In this document: in pieces, positions 1 through 12,716 of the stretch | Numbering within the stretch: position 1 is the stretch's first letter | Layout of the letters: each line of letters opens with the position of its first letter | Origin: Felis catus | Taxonomy: Eukaryota | Reading direction: 5' to 3' | Assembly (NCBI RefSeq): GCF_018350175.1 | Contig: NC_058368.1 | Location: 11,222,001-11,286,000 of the forward strand | DNA: 64,000 bases | Notes under the pieces: generated by a model | Database searches by the model: none | Seen by the model: the letters and a program-made list of their open reading frames with translations, nothing else | What the model was told of the DNA's origin: nothing | Program-made: the position numbers and the translations under genes

Positions 1-217
1 ACGGTAAATTTTATTAATTCATATAATCTCTGTACCGAGAACGCTGATGTTTCAACAACCTAATGGTATATGGAATGTTTCAGTATTTATAAAACACACA
101 GAAGAATGTAAAGGTTGAATTATAAGTGATTTTTTTCTTACCATGTATTATGAGAAAGTCAGTCTTGAGAATTATTCCCAGAAGTTGGAGTCTGAAACCT
201 TTCATGACTTTAAAAAA

Positions 218-810
218 TTTTTTTAATTTAAATCCAAGTTAGTGGGGCGCCTGGGTGGCGCAGTCGGTTAAGCGTCCGACTTCAGCCAGGTCACGATCTC
301 GCGGTCTGTGAGTTCGAGCCCCGCGTCAGGCTCTGGGCTGATGGCTCAGAGCCTGGAGCCTGTTTCCGATTCTGTGTCTCCCTCTCTCTCTGCCCCTCCC
401 CTGTTCATGCTCTGTCTCTCTCTGTCCCAAAAATAAATAAACGTTGAAAAAAAAATTTAAATCCAAGTTAGTAAACATATAGTGTAATAATGGTTTCAGG
501 AGTAGAATTTAGTGATTCATTCTTATATATAACACCCAGTGCTCATCCGACAAGTGCCCTCCTTAATGCCCATCACCCATTTAGCCCATCCCTCCACCCA
601 CCTCCCCTCCAGGAACCCTCAGTTTGTTCTCTGTATTTGAGAATCTCTTATGGTTTGTCTCCCTTTCTGTTTTTATCTTATTTTTCCTTCCCTTCGCCTG
701 TGTCCATGTGTTGTGTTTCTTAAATTCCACATCTGAGTGAAATCATATGGTATTTGTTTTTCTCTGACTTACTTCGCTTAGCAAAATACATTCTAGTTCC
801 GTCCACGTTG
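218..810 (-). mobile_element. L1 (carnivore) 3' end fragment, interrupted by a SINE at 244-453
   Basis: Antisense L1 3'UTR motifs (acacccagtgctcatcc...gccctccttaatgcccatcaccc; gagtgaaatcatatggtatttg) follow a T-rich tail. Confidence 0.85.
244..453 (+). mobile_element. Young Can-SINE (SINEC_Fc type)
   Basis: GGGGCGCCTGGGTGGCGCAGTCGG head, GTTCGAGCC B box, (CT)n and A tail, with 19-bp TSD aatttaaatccaagttagt (225-243 / 454-472). Confidence 0.95.
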
Positions 811-1269
811 TTAAAAGAATGTGAAGAAATAACAGGAAAACAAATTAGTTTTTTTTTTAAGACATCTACCCAAGCAGATAATACAATAATTAGATCGGAT
901 AACCAAGGGCTGTAGAAGCTGTAAAGACAAACAGGCATTCCCCCAGCAGGGGACCTTCCCTCTGCCAGCTTGTTCTCTAGTAGGAACCCGTTTCTTGGGT
1001 GAGGACCTATCTCTTCTTGCTTGTGAGTCTCAGCTTGCATCTCGACCATAAACTCTTGAAGCAGTGTAAAATCCTGTAATCTGTGCAGATGCCCATACCT
1101 GTTTAACAACATTTATAATCAGATCCTGTTCCTTCTTTCGGCTCTGCCATAAGAGTCCTGAGTTGGTTTATTTTTTATATTAGAGGTATATTTGGTGATG
1201 AGAGAGCTTTGTAGCACTTGCAAAAAGAAATGCTAGTGATGGATGGGATTTTTGAGTTTTTACCACGTA

Positions 1270-1400
1270 ATACAATCCTCATAGTGACTCTTTGAGATAG
1301 ATGTTATTATGGTATCTCACTTTAAAGAAAACTGAGGCACAGGGGGGTTTAGTTGTTTTCCCAGTCACATGGCTGGAATGTGAAAAAGCAGGATTCACAG
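1270..1400 (-). mobile_element. MIR fragment
   Basis: Antisense MIR core (gaaaactgaggcacag). Confidence 0.6.
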
Positions 1401-2927
1401 CTGGGCACAGGACTCCATAGGACCCTACCCCCTGGGGCATCTTGCTACCGTACCTCTCAGGAGGCATGTGCTCGCCTGAGTCTCTGCTTGGAGCCCATTG
1501 TGTCCCCATGGGCAGTTGGATGGGAGCGTGTCACAGGCGAGCAGTGCTAATGGGACGTCACTGGCCCTTCAAATGTATGGAATGGACTTCACCTTTGTCT
1601 TCTTTCTACTACCGTTTGTAAGGAGAAACTGGTTTTTCAGAGCCCCAGTTTCCCACTTTGTAAAATGAGTTACATGTTTCTCTGCGTAAAACGTTGGAAG
1701 AGTGTGAATCTTGAACAAGATCATGTATAGTCATGCGCTCATTAAACTGTAATGCATTATCTCATACCAGGTGTTATAATGATCTCTTGTAATGCGGTTT
1801 TAATAAATAGATGAAGCCATTTTCTGATAAAGCGTTACTTTTATTCTTTTCAAAATACCTAGATTGTATTTTGCTTCCTGACAATTATTTTGTGAGTTTT
1901 ATGTTTCCTTTGGAAAGAGGGTAGAAGTACACTGTTGCAAACCTATCCTAGAGAGCTTTCTGGCTTGTCTGTAACATAGCACTTAACGTGAGCCACTCTA
2001 CTCCCAAGGCTGTGCTGACATCCTCATTCAACCTAGGACATGAGAGCATTTTGAGATAAATTCTTAATCATGTAAAATAAATTCTTTTAAGATCAGAGGC
2101 CAGGGGAAAATATGCTTCCTGGCCTTGATGATTGCCTTATTTGTGCATGACAAAAGTTCTCCCCTGTAGGTTGCTTTGTTTCCCAGAATATTCTAGAATG
2201 TGAGCAACACAGTTGAGTTGTAAGAACACAGTAAATCAAATCTTGTCGCCTGAACATCAGTGAGTGTCACAGAGGGTCCAGGACGGAGTGGCCTAGTTGC
2301 CTAGATTAGGCTTGATGAGTGACTCCACCTGGCAGCAACAGGAGACCTCAAGTCTCACTTCAGAAATGGACAACAGACCAGGATGCTCTCGATCTTAGAA
2401 GCGGCCCAAATCAATGCAGTAACAAAGGTTAAAAAATGACAACCAACTAGTGTGGATCAGCTTTCTTAAACTCAGACCTTTAAAAAAAAAAAAGGAAAAG
2501 TCGAAATTGTTTTAGTCTCTCCAAAAAGACATCTTTTCCTACTCCCAAAATAGTCAGGGTTAGCTTGTGTGTAAAATGCTTGCTTAGCTAGTAATATATT
2601 AAAGAACCATTTTTGTGAATTAGTATTTTTCTTTTTTTCCCAATAAGATAATTTTTTGAGCTGTAGCTTTTGTTCAAATTATTAAGTTGCCAGATTTTAT
2701 AGCCTAAGCCATGTGATTTTATTTAGGCTTATTAAAGTGCCATGCATTTCAACATGGCTCACTTCCTGCTTAAATTTTCCAATGTTAACATCAAGTATGA
2801 ATCCAAAAATCCAAAATCATGTAACCCAAAATAATCATCATGCAGATCATTTGTTTAAAACAAAGAGTTTTCTATTTTGAATGCATAGGACCTTATTTGT
2901 ACTTAGCTTTAAAAAACAGAATTTCAT

Positions 2928-3085
2928 GGGGCGCCTGGGTGGCTCAGTCAGTTAAGTGTCAGACTCTTGGTTTCAGCCCAGGTCATGATCTCAAGGTTCA
3001 TGGGTTCAAGCCGCAAATGGGGCTCTGCATTAACAGGGTGGAACCTGCTTGAGATTCTCTCTCTCTCTGCCCCTCCCCCACTCGT

Positions 3086-3122
<37 letters not shown>

Positions 3123-3136
3123 AAATAAATAAACTT
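2928..3136 (+). mobile_element. Can-SINE (older), host of the next SINE
   Basis: SINE head, (CT)n and AATAAA tail. Confidence 0.9.
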
Positions 3137-3352
3137 GGAGCATCTGGGTGGCTCAGTCGGTTAAGTGTCTGACTTCGGCTCAGGTTGTGATCTCATGGTT
3201 TGTGAGTTCAAGCCCCACGTCGGGCTCTGTGCTGACAGCTCAGAGCCTGGAGTCTGCTTCAGATTCTGTGTCTCCTTCTCTCTCTGCCCCTCCCCCACTT
3301 GGGCTCTGTCTCTCTGTCTCTCAAAAATAAATAAATGTAAAATTTTTTTGAT
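3137..3352 (+). mobile_element. Can-SINE inserted into the tail of the preceding SINE
   Basis: Second SINE head; aaataaataaactt is duplicated on both sides (3123-3136 / 3353-3366). Confidence 0.9.
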
Positions 3353-3422
3353 AAATAAATAAACTTAAAAGGCAGAATTGTTGAACTGTCCAAAATGAAT
3401 CTATATTATAGTTACCGACTGA

Positions 3423-3462
<40 letters not shown>

Positions 3463-3480
3463 GTATATATATATATATAT
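3423..3480. repeat. (TA)n microsatellite
   Basis: Read directly. Confidence 0.95.
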
Positions 3481-4332
3481 GACTTTAATTTTGATATTGA
3501 TACAGAATCAGTCAATTCAGTTATAGCCTTCCTGTGTTCCCCATGTTGCCTTTCCCTCTCAATGAATCAGTTCCTTGGCTGCTTATGCCTTGTTCTTTCT
3601 CTCCGTGTTTCAACCTGTATCACTTCTCCAGTTGAACCGTCTGCCTGGCAGACCCCCAGCAGACGTCCCCTGGGAATTACATGAAACATGCATAGCTTCT
3701 CCGTGAAATGCAATGTGTTTTGTGTCAGGGCATTCCTGGTGTGTAGGAAACTGCATAGAGTGTTTGCATGTTTATTTCTGTTGCAAGCACTTAAGGGCAG
3801 GGATTTATTTTCTCTTTCTTTGGGTTCCCATTTTGTAATAAATATTTCTTGATGGTATAAATTATTAGATCTTACTTTCTGACTCCTCAACTGCACTTTT
3901 CATTCCTCTTAGGCTGACTGTAGTGGCTTCAGTGTAACAGTTCATGGTAAAATTTTTCTCTCCTCATATGTCTGCCTTTCTTCTCTTAAATCCACACCTG
4001 TGCCACTCACTGCAGGAAGAACTCAGAGATCAAGTGATATCTGCTAAAAATGCCCACGATGAGGAAGCACAGCTGACCATAGAAAGATTCCATGGAATGC
4101 AGATATAAAAGGGAAAAAGCTTAAAAGGGGAATTTCACCTCCTAATGTTGGGAAGTTTGTCTTTAAATTTCTTTAAGAGCCTAGAACTAGTGATTCTCAG
4201 TCTATTAGACCCAACTCTCCCTTTTATGACAAATATTTTGCCACATTTTCTTTACTATCCTGAAGTGAAATTCAAAGATAATATGTTCATCTCTCCATGT
4301 AACTTTAAAAATATTTATATATATATATATAT

Positions 4333-4552
4333 TTTTTTAATTGTTTTAATGTTTATTTATTTTTGAGACACAGAGAGCACAAGCAGGGGAGGAGAGAGGA
4401 AGCAGAGAGAGAGGAAGACCCAGAATCTGAAGCAGGCTCCGGGCTCCGAGCTGTCAGCACAGAGCCTGACATGGGGCTCGAACCCATGAGTGGTGAGGTC
4501 CTGACCTGAGCCAAAGTCGGACACTCATCCGACTGAGCCATCTAGGCACCCC
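4333..4552 (-). mobile_element. Can-SINE
   Basis: Reverse-complement SINE body ending ...ggcacccc. Confidence 0.9.
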
Positions 4553-5009
4553 CTGAAAAATCTGTATTTAAATACCTGCATCTGTATCTTGTGCTCATAA
4601 TATAAAAGAGAAAGGTCAAGAAAGTAAGCCGTGATAAACCCCTCTCTGAACGTATGCCCTGTTACATGGGAGACGTTGAGAAATAGTCAGATGTGTGCAC
4701 CTGTTACAGAGCCACCACGAATGTGCAGACCCCCCAGGCAGGCTGGCACGGGTGGGGGCCAGGCGTGGTGGCGTTGCCTTCAGTGTTATGATTTTCCAAA
4801 TCGATGACTGGTTCTGGTAAAATCTCCAAACACAACAAAATATACTCTTTCCTCAACGCACATAGTAGTTGCATTCCTTGAAAATTTAGAAGATATTTCA
4901 CCTATGCAAAAATGCTGTTTATATGTACAACCATTAGATTCCAGGCTAAGATCATTACAAATGAGTTTTTCACCCATGAGGATGTCAAGGGGAGCAGTTG
5001 GAAGTCAGG

Positions 5010-5192
5010 TCGGACATGAGACAATTCATTGTGCAGGAGAGCTCTGCACATTGAAGGACATGGAACAGTTCTGTCCCCACCCACGTGATGCCAGTAGCAC
5101 CCTCCCCCATCACTGGTACAACCAAAAACATCTCCACAAATTTTGAAAAAGCCCCCTAAAGGGTGGCATCAGACCTATAATGAACCACCACT
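5010..5192 (-). mobile_element. MER20-like hAT-Charlie DNA transposon relic
   Basis: gatgccagtagcacc...acaaccaaaaacatctcca resembles the reverse complement of the MER20 consensus. Confidence 0.6.
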
Positions 5193-5606
5193 ATTAAACA
5201 GGAAGAATGTCTAGTGATAAACCTGATTCTATTTTATTAGTGAAATTATTACAGAAACCTGCATTATGCCGCCATCATTTTGAACTATTACTATTTGTGT
5301 TGCTACTAGACAATAAGCCTATTGAGGGTCAAGTCCATGTCTCACTGTACCTGGAAGGTCCAACACGGAGTTACACAATTAATTGGTGCTCAGCAGCTAT
5401 CTGTTGAATGAATACAGGCTGATGAATATCTACCTTATTTTCAAGAGAATTGACCTTGCTTTCCTTAGTAATACACATGCCACTTTTTATCAAACTTCAT
5501 TGTTAAGATAATACTATTAAGGTATTAAATTCTGGACTGTAAAAAATGATAAAACAGTCAACGATCTGTGCCAAGTTAGAGCAAGCCATCTTTCTTTATC
5601 TGTTAA

Positions 5607-5829
5607 TTTTTTTTTTAATTTTTTTTCAACGTTTATTTATTTTTGGGACAGAGAGAGACAGAGCATGAACGGGGGAGGGGCAGAGAGAGAAGGAGACACA
5701 GAATTGGAAACAGGCTCCAGGCTCTGAGCCATCAGCCCAGAGCCCGACGCGGGGCTCGAACTCACGGACCGCGAGATCGTGACCTGGCTGAAGTAGGACG
5801 CTTAACCGACTGCGCCACTCAGGCGCCCC
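5607..5829 (-). mobile_element. Young Can-SINE (SINEC_Fc type)
   Basis: Antisense copy with TSD tatctgttaattttt. Confidence 0.95.
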
Positions 5830-5907
5830 TATCTGTTAATTTTTGAAACATAGTATGTAAGAAAGGAGATTCTAGCAACATTTACAAACTCTGTGGTGTT
5901 TTCCTTT

Positions 5908-6133
5908 ATTTTATTTTTTTTTAATTTTTTTTAATGTTTATTTATTTTTGAGACAGGGAGAGACAGCATGAATGGGGGAGGGTCAGAGAGAGAGGGAGAC
6001 ACAGAATCCGAAACAGGCTCCAGGCTCTGAGCTGTCAGCACAGAGCCTGACGCGGGGCTCGAACTCACGGACCGCGAGATCATGACCTGAGCCGAAGTCG
6101 GATGCTTAACCGACTGAGCCACCCAGGCGCCCC
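5908..6133 (-). mobile_element. Can-SINE
   Basis: Antisense copy with TSD ctgtggtgttttccttta. Confidence 0.95.
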
Positions 6134-6157
6134 TGTGGTGTTTTCCTTTAAAAAAAA

Positions 6158-6158
<1 letters not shown>

Positions 6159-6204
<46 letters not shown>

Positions 6205-6278
6205 TATATATACATGTACATATATATATTATATATATACAAATATATATATTATATATATGTTACGTACATATTATA

Positions 6279-6334
<56 letters not shown>
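6159..6334. repeat. Compound (TA)n/(CA)n microsatellite
   Basis: Read directly. Confidence 0.95.
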
Positions 6335-6335
<1 letters not shown>

Positions 6336-7099
6336 AAACTATTGACAGCTTCTTGTGAATGATAGAGAAAAACAATAAAGATGGTCTATCCCCAGGGACA
6401 TTATTGTCCATCTGGAGAGATGGGCTGCACATCTAGAACCATGAAAGCTAATAATCAAGTATCGTGTGGAATAGGGGTGTCGTGACCTACAGTAAGAGAC
6501 CAGAGCAGAGAAGGCCATGAGTGGTCAAGAATGGGAGGGCCAGAGCACCATGCGACGTGGTGGACAGAATTGGAGCTGATGGACAGGACCACATCTTAGG
6601 CAAAGGGAGAAGAATCTAGCAGATGTTTGGAGGTGGCAGTGACCTTGGTAGATACGTGTGGGAGGGAGGCCTCAGGGGAGTGGCCAGGATAAAGACAGGG
6701 AGAGGTCAGCGGTCGTGGTGATGGTGGGTAGAAGGAGAAATTTGCCTGTTGGGGAAAAATGGAAAGAAAGTTGGTTGACAGAGTAAGGACCAAACCAATT
6801 ATTTAGTTTTGACCAAAATTACTTTTAAGGATCCGATGTTAACTGTAGATTACATCTTGAAACAAATATTCCCGTTAGAAATTTGTGTCAGTGAAAATCA
6901 AATGCTCGTGGTTAGATTTTGGATTGAATGCTTAGCAGTTATGTTAAGTAAGTATCCAAAAGCAAAAGCAAGAATGAGAAAAGAGAAAATGTTAACGTTT
7001 ATTGTTATTTCATTTTATTATAGTTTTTCTTTTAATGGCCTGCCTTCAGTTAACTAATGTTTAAGTAGATTAGAACACAAAGTCAGAGGAAGGCTGCAT

Positions 7100-7870
7100 G
7101 CTTAGCTGTGCCCGCTTTGGCATCAGTTTCACTGACAGCTATGCCACCTTAGGCAATAACTTGCCCTCGATGAACCTCAGTTTTCCCATCTCTAATATAG
7201 GGGCAAGTTCCTAGGTCTCTCATTAGATTGAAATAAGATATTCCCTCCCTTGAAAGTTAGGTGCAATTTGTGTTCAGTCACAGAACTATGAGACGCTCAT
7301 AAAAATTACATCTCATCAGCCAAGCAAGGGTTTATTACCTGAGTGACCTTGGGTTGTCTAAACTTCAGTTTCTTCGTCTATAAAACAGGGACAATATACC
7401 AAACTCGTGGAATTATCACAAGAAATAAGTAAGATGATGCGTGAAAAGTGCTGGCACATAGCAATCTCAAAATACAATTAGTAGCGTAACTATGCTATGA
7501 ATATTATTATGATGCCTATTACATGCTATGTGCATATGCTGTCTCTTTCTACCTTTATTACAGTCCTAAGTGGTATGCATTTTTTTATTTCTGCTTTCCT
7601 GAGGTATAATTGACATGCAAAATTGTAAAATGGTTAAAGTGTGCGTTGTGGTGATTCGATAGACATACGCATTGTGGAAAGACTCCCCCCCCATAGTTAA
7701 TTAACACATCCAGTGGCAGGTATTATTAATGTTCCTATGTTTATATGAGCAGGAACCCGAAGAATGGGGAAATCAAATGACTTGCTCAGGGTCACCAATT
7801 GGCCAATTGATGAGGTGGGACTGGAACACAGATCTTCCAATTCCAAATCTGGTGCAGTTTCCCCCATGCC
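7100..7870. mobile_element. Cluster of MIR fragments with an old antisense L1 3' end at about 7580-7710
   Basis: MIR cores (cctcagttttcccatct; cttcagtttcttcgtctataaaacaggg) and an L1M-type terminus (tgaggtataattgacatgcaaaattg). Confidence 0.6.
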
Positions 7871-7945
7871 AGCACTGCCTCAAGGCTTTGTAATATTCCA
7901 CGATAACCCTTTGCTCCAGCCCCCACTTAAAAAATGATTCATGGA

Positions 7946-8160
7946 GGGGCGCCTGGGTGGCTTAGTTGGTTAAGCATCCAACTTCAGCTCAGGTCACGAT
8001 CTCATAGCTCTTGGGTTCGAGCCCCGCATCGGGCTCTGTGCTGACGGCTCGGAGCCTGGAGCCTGCTTGGGATTCTGTGTCCCCTCTCTCTGCCCCTCCC
8101 CCACTCATTCATTTTCTCTCTCTCTCTCTCTCCCAAAAGTAAATAAAACATCAAAAAAAT
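7946..8160 (+). mobile_element. Can-SINE
   Basis: Head, B box, (CT)n and tail. Confidence 0.92.
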
Positions 8161-10077
8161 TTTTTTTTACTGGATTCATGGAACAGTTTGTGAAGCACTG
8201 GACAGAACAGCAAACATTTCTTGAGACCCCAGAGCCTCAAGTAATATTTTATATGGAACCAGTGCTGCCTCGCACAAGCTCTGCTTTTCCAATGATGAAG
8301 ACGGGGATGGAACAGAGAGCCCGATTCTCATCGGCTCCCTTTTGTCATCAATGCACTTCTCCCAATGCCTTCATGCTGACACAGAGGGCTGTGGGAGTCA
8401 GGTGGGAAATTTGACTTGTAGGATTCTTTCAATACAGTTTAACTTTCAGTACCGATCACTGCTACGTGGGATTGTAAACATGTTCGACCGTCTCCTTCAC
8501 GGGATCTTTTTTTTTTTTTTTAATGTGGTCGCAATTCAGTGTTAATCATTTCCTTGGTTCCATTTAGCGTGTTAAGATTCCTTTTGAAAATAAATATTTT
8601 GGAGGTACAGCTAGAACACAAACAAACATGAAAGCCTAGGTACCGCAAACCTAGACGTATGTTGGGTTGCAGAAGTTGCCATCTTGGCTCTATATGCAGT
8701 ATTGCTCTTGGCACATGGCAGACTTTTAGCAAGTTGGAAGTAAAGTTTACGGGAGCAGGCAAATGTTAAACATCTGCCAAAATGAATTATGAAACAAAAA
8801 TCTTATTGACTGAAAATGTTTGTGCTCTCCAGTTACCTGCACATCATAATGCTCGGTATTTCTGAGCTAGGCGAAAGGCCCAAGATCTTGACGGTGGGAC
8901 TCAGATTCCTCAGTGGAATGGAAGTAGGAGGGTGTCCTGTCCCCCTCCTCCTTTGTATTCAAGGACGGGTCCATTTTTCAAAATCTCTGTGATATTGTCT
9001 GGTTATTTTTTTTTAACTCGATTACTGTGATTCAAAGTATACAGGCTCATCTGCTAGAGCAGAGTCTGTGCCAAAAGAACCTTTGGAACAACGGCAAAAT
9101 TCATGAGATTCTTGTGAGTTTCACTCTGTTCTTTGAATGCTGGCTTCTTGAAAGATCTATGGGCAGCCACAGGCACAGCCAGAATTCACCATCTGCCGCT
9201 GCTCTTGGGAGGTTAAGAAGAAGATGATAATTTGTAATATTATTAATCTTCATTAGGCATTTATTAATATTCCACAGTCTTCTGCTGGTGGAGCTCATGC
9301 TCTAAATTAAACATATTTAAGAAACAAAAATGTCTTTATACTTTGAAAAAAACAACCAAATGAGCTTTCAGAAAACAACCTCTAGTAACTACACTTAAAA
9401 TTTATTTTTTATCTTGTATTGGGCGACACCATGGGTGGATAACGCCTTCAGGTTGAAGAAATGTAAAATATAAGTTGTATGGTCCTGATACTTTGGACTA
9501 GAATCTGTATGTGGAGACAGATGTTTAAAGGTGGACCTTTAAAAAATAAAAATAAAAAAAATAAATAAATAAAGGTGGACCTTTACTGTGAGGAGTACCT
9601 GTATTTCACTCATCGGTAATAGAATCGGATTAATAAAATTTCAGCTTTGAAAAAGGGCCCTGGAGTAGCCTGACCCTGTGTCCTCTGCAAGAAACTTTTC
9701 AGTAGTATCCTCATAAAGGGTATGTCTGGCTTCTGTCCCGATACCTTCAGTGACAGGAAACTCAGAACCTCCAGAAGAAATTCATTTACTCAGCATAGTT
9801 ATTGAGTACCTACTATGTGCTTGTCTTAGTGGAGCTTACCTCTTGCCAGAGGAGTCAGCTAATAAACAATAAATTCAGTAAATAAGTAAATTGTATATTG
9901 GCGTGCTCATTCATTCCTTTTTGTCAGAAAATTTGTCTCTTTTTGTCAGAAAATTTTCCCTTGAATTTTCTTCTATGTGAGAGTTGCTTAGGTATTTGAA
10001 GAAAGTGTTCATTGCCCTCTTAATTCCCCTCATTTTAAAATCATACATCCTTACTCGGTTAGGCAGTCCCTGAGAAG

Positions 10078-10675
10078 TATTAGTTTGTGGGGGCTTGTCT
10101 AATAAAGTACCGCAGACAGGGCAGGGTAAACAACAGAAGTTGGCTTAGAGTTCTGAAGGCTAGAAGTCCAAGATCAAGGTGTGAACAAGGCTGGCTTCTT
10201 TAAAGCCTCTCCCGTTGGCTTGCAGATGGCTGCCTTCCGTATGTTCACATCATCTTTTCTTTCTGTGTGTCTGTATCCTAATCTCTTCTTAAAAGACCAC
10301 CAGTCGTGTTGGATTAGGCACTAGTGATCCCACTTAAATTAATTAGCTCCAGGTCGCCTGGGTGGCTCAGGCAGTCGGGCGTCTGACTTCAGCTCAGGTC
10401 ATGATCTCGCGGTTTGTGAGTTCAAGCCCCGCATTCGGCTCTGTGCTGACAGCTCAGAGCCTGGAGCCTGCTTCAGATTCTGTGTCTCCTTCTCTCTCTG
10501 TCCCTCCCTTACTTGTGCTCTGTCTCTGTCTCTCAAAAATAAATAAGTGTAAGAAACAAAAATTTTAATTAATTGGCTCCTTAAAGACCCTACTCCAAAT
10601 CCAGTAGGCATCCTGAGGTATTGGAGGTTAGGGCTTCAACATGGGAATAGGAGGTGCATAATTCAGTCCATAACA
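10078..10675 (-). mobile_element. MLT1-type MaLR solo LTR interrupted by a SINE
   Basis: MLT1 motifs (ttctgaaggctagaagtccaagatcaaggtg; ggttagggcttcaacat; aattcagtccataaca terminus). Confidence 0.8.
10351..10566 (+). mobile_element. Can-SINE inside the MLT1 LTR
   Basis: SINE body with TSD aattaatt(a/g)gctcc. Confidence 0.92.
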
Positions 10676-12394
10676 TATATCCTCTTACATAGGAATACTC
10701 AGAAGCAGGCAGGTGACTCCACAGAAAGAATCAGGCAGGATGGGCACATCCCATGTTCTAGACATCTAGATTACCTTTGATAGCCCCAGCATTGTTAGCT
10801 GGCATTGAACTTGTAGTCAAAGAGAAATGCCAGACCTTTCAATGACTTGTTTGTAAGTCCCATTTTCCTCCATCCTTTGTCTGGAACATGCATTCGCCTA
10901 GTTATTCATTGTGTAGATGTGTCTGAGCACCTGTGTGTATTGTAGGTGTTGCACGGGCACCAGCAACACAGCAAGGAAACAAGCAGATGTTATCCCTACC
11001 TTCTTTGAGGCTTAAATTACGTCCTTGAAGGCTTTGATAAACAAGTGAACAAATATATCATTATAAATTGATATATGCTCTGAAGCGAATGAACGTAGAA
11101 GAGAGACGTCCTATTTGGGGGGAGGGGTGGCCAAAGCACAGAGTTTTGCAGTTATAAATAAAGTAAAATATTGGTAATATTATAAATAATATTAATATAA
11201 ATTATAATCGCCTTATTTGAATAAAATAAATAAAATATTACATGTTAGATTTGGCCCATATTCCACTCTTTAGTCATTTCCAGGAGAGATCCTGGCTGTC
11301 ATTTATTAGGTATATGCCTGCCCCCAACTTCGCTCTATCCTCCAGTGTCGTGGGTATGATGCATCTGCCTTCATCTAAATTATAATCAAAATGTCTAACA
11401 AATCAGAACGGTACTGTGGTTGTCCAAGAACTAACAATAATGTCCCTTAGCTACACATAGTTAAAGGCCTAGCCATCATACAGAAAGCAGAGCTCTAATT
11501 AGAAATACTAACAGGAGTCGAGCTGCCCACTGCTACTTCTGTAGCACTAGCCCGAGCCTTAAATGTTTCTCTGCTTGTGCCACATTTATCACAAAAGGCC
11601 TTTCAAGTTGTCTGTCTGATGATTTTTGAAAGGTCAAGTCCGTTTAAAGAGTTTCACTTGTAATGTGGGGAAATGAAATTGTTTTCAACCTAACCGGAGG
11701 GAACACCATTCGCAAAACAGAACGTGTGTGCTTTACAACGCCGTGGCTCAATGGCGATGCCTTCAGATTCTTCAAACGGGACCAGACCTGCCCTTGCAGG
11801 CCCAGGGCAGAAGCCCGAGGTGGCGTGGGCCCACCGCCAGGACGCACCCAGACCCACTCTGCGGCAGCCTCTCTTCTTCCCTCAGGCATCCTTGTCTTTC
11901 ACAACCGGTCCTCCGCTTGCTGCCCCGGGCCCACCTGCTCGCCCCCACTCAGCTCCTGTGTTTGTCACGGGCCATCACACCTGTTATTTCAGTAAAAGGC
12001 ACCCTCCCCCCCCATCTCTGGGCTGTCAGCGCACCGGACTGACTTTCTTTCTGGTCAGTGTACGGACAGTTCAATCAAATTCAGAGAATTGGAAATTGAG
12101 CAACTCAGCCAGCAGGCATATCAACGTAGACCACCACTGAGCTACCGACCCCAAGGTGATGGTGGCCTCACATCCGTGTTGGCGTGCTGACATCAGTAGG
12201 GAAAATGAAATACTTTCAGAAACAGTCAAACCTGACCTTTAATTTTGCATGGACCATATCTTGTCAAGGTTCGTGAGCAGAGAGGTACCGTTGTGAGCAT
12301 TTTTTGATGTGGATATATTATTTGACACCTTTGCTTCCTCTTTGGGCACGTTATAGTCCGTGACATGCATACAGCAAGTTAATCTGCAACACTA

Positions 12395-12661
12395 TTCATG
12401 CATTCGTTTACTTATGCATTCAGCATTCCATGAACACCCATCTTGTTGCACCCAGCATTATTCTGGGTACTTGGATTCAAGTAGGGAATAAAACAGGGGC
12501 ACCTGGGTGGCTCAGTCGGTTAAGCGTCCGACTTCGGCTCAGGTCACGATCTCACAGCTTGTGAGTTTGAGCTCCGCATCGGGCTCTGTGCTGACAGCTC
12601 GGAGTCTGGAGCCTGCTTCGGATCCTGTGTCTCCTTCGCTCCCCGCCCCTCCCCCACTCAT

Positions 12662-12716
<55 letters not shown>

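Noticed and set aside
244..330. tRNA-like A and B boxes in the many GGGGCGCCTGGGTGG elements
   Set aside because: These are tRNA-derived SINE heads with (CT)n, A tails and TSDs, not tRNA genes.
12131..12152. Minus-strand GGGGTCGGTAGCTCAGTGG resembling a tRNA 5' end and A box
   Set aside because: No B box or cloverleaf follows, so it is probably chance.
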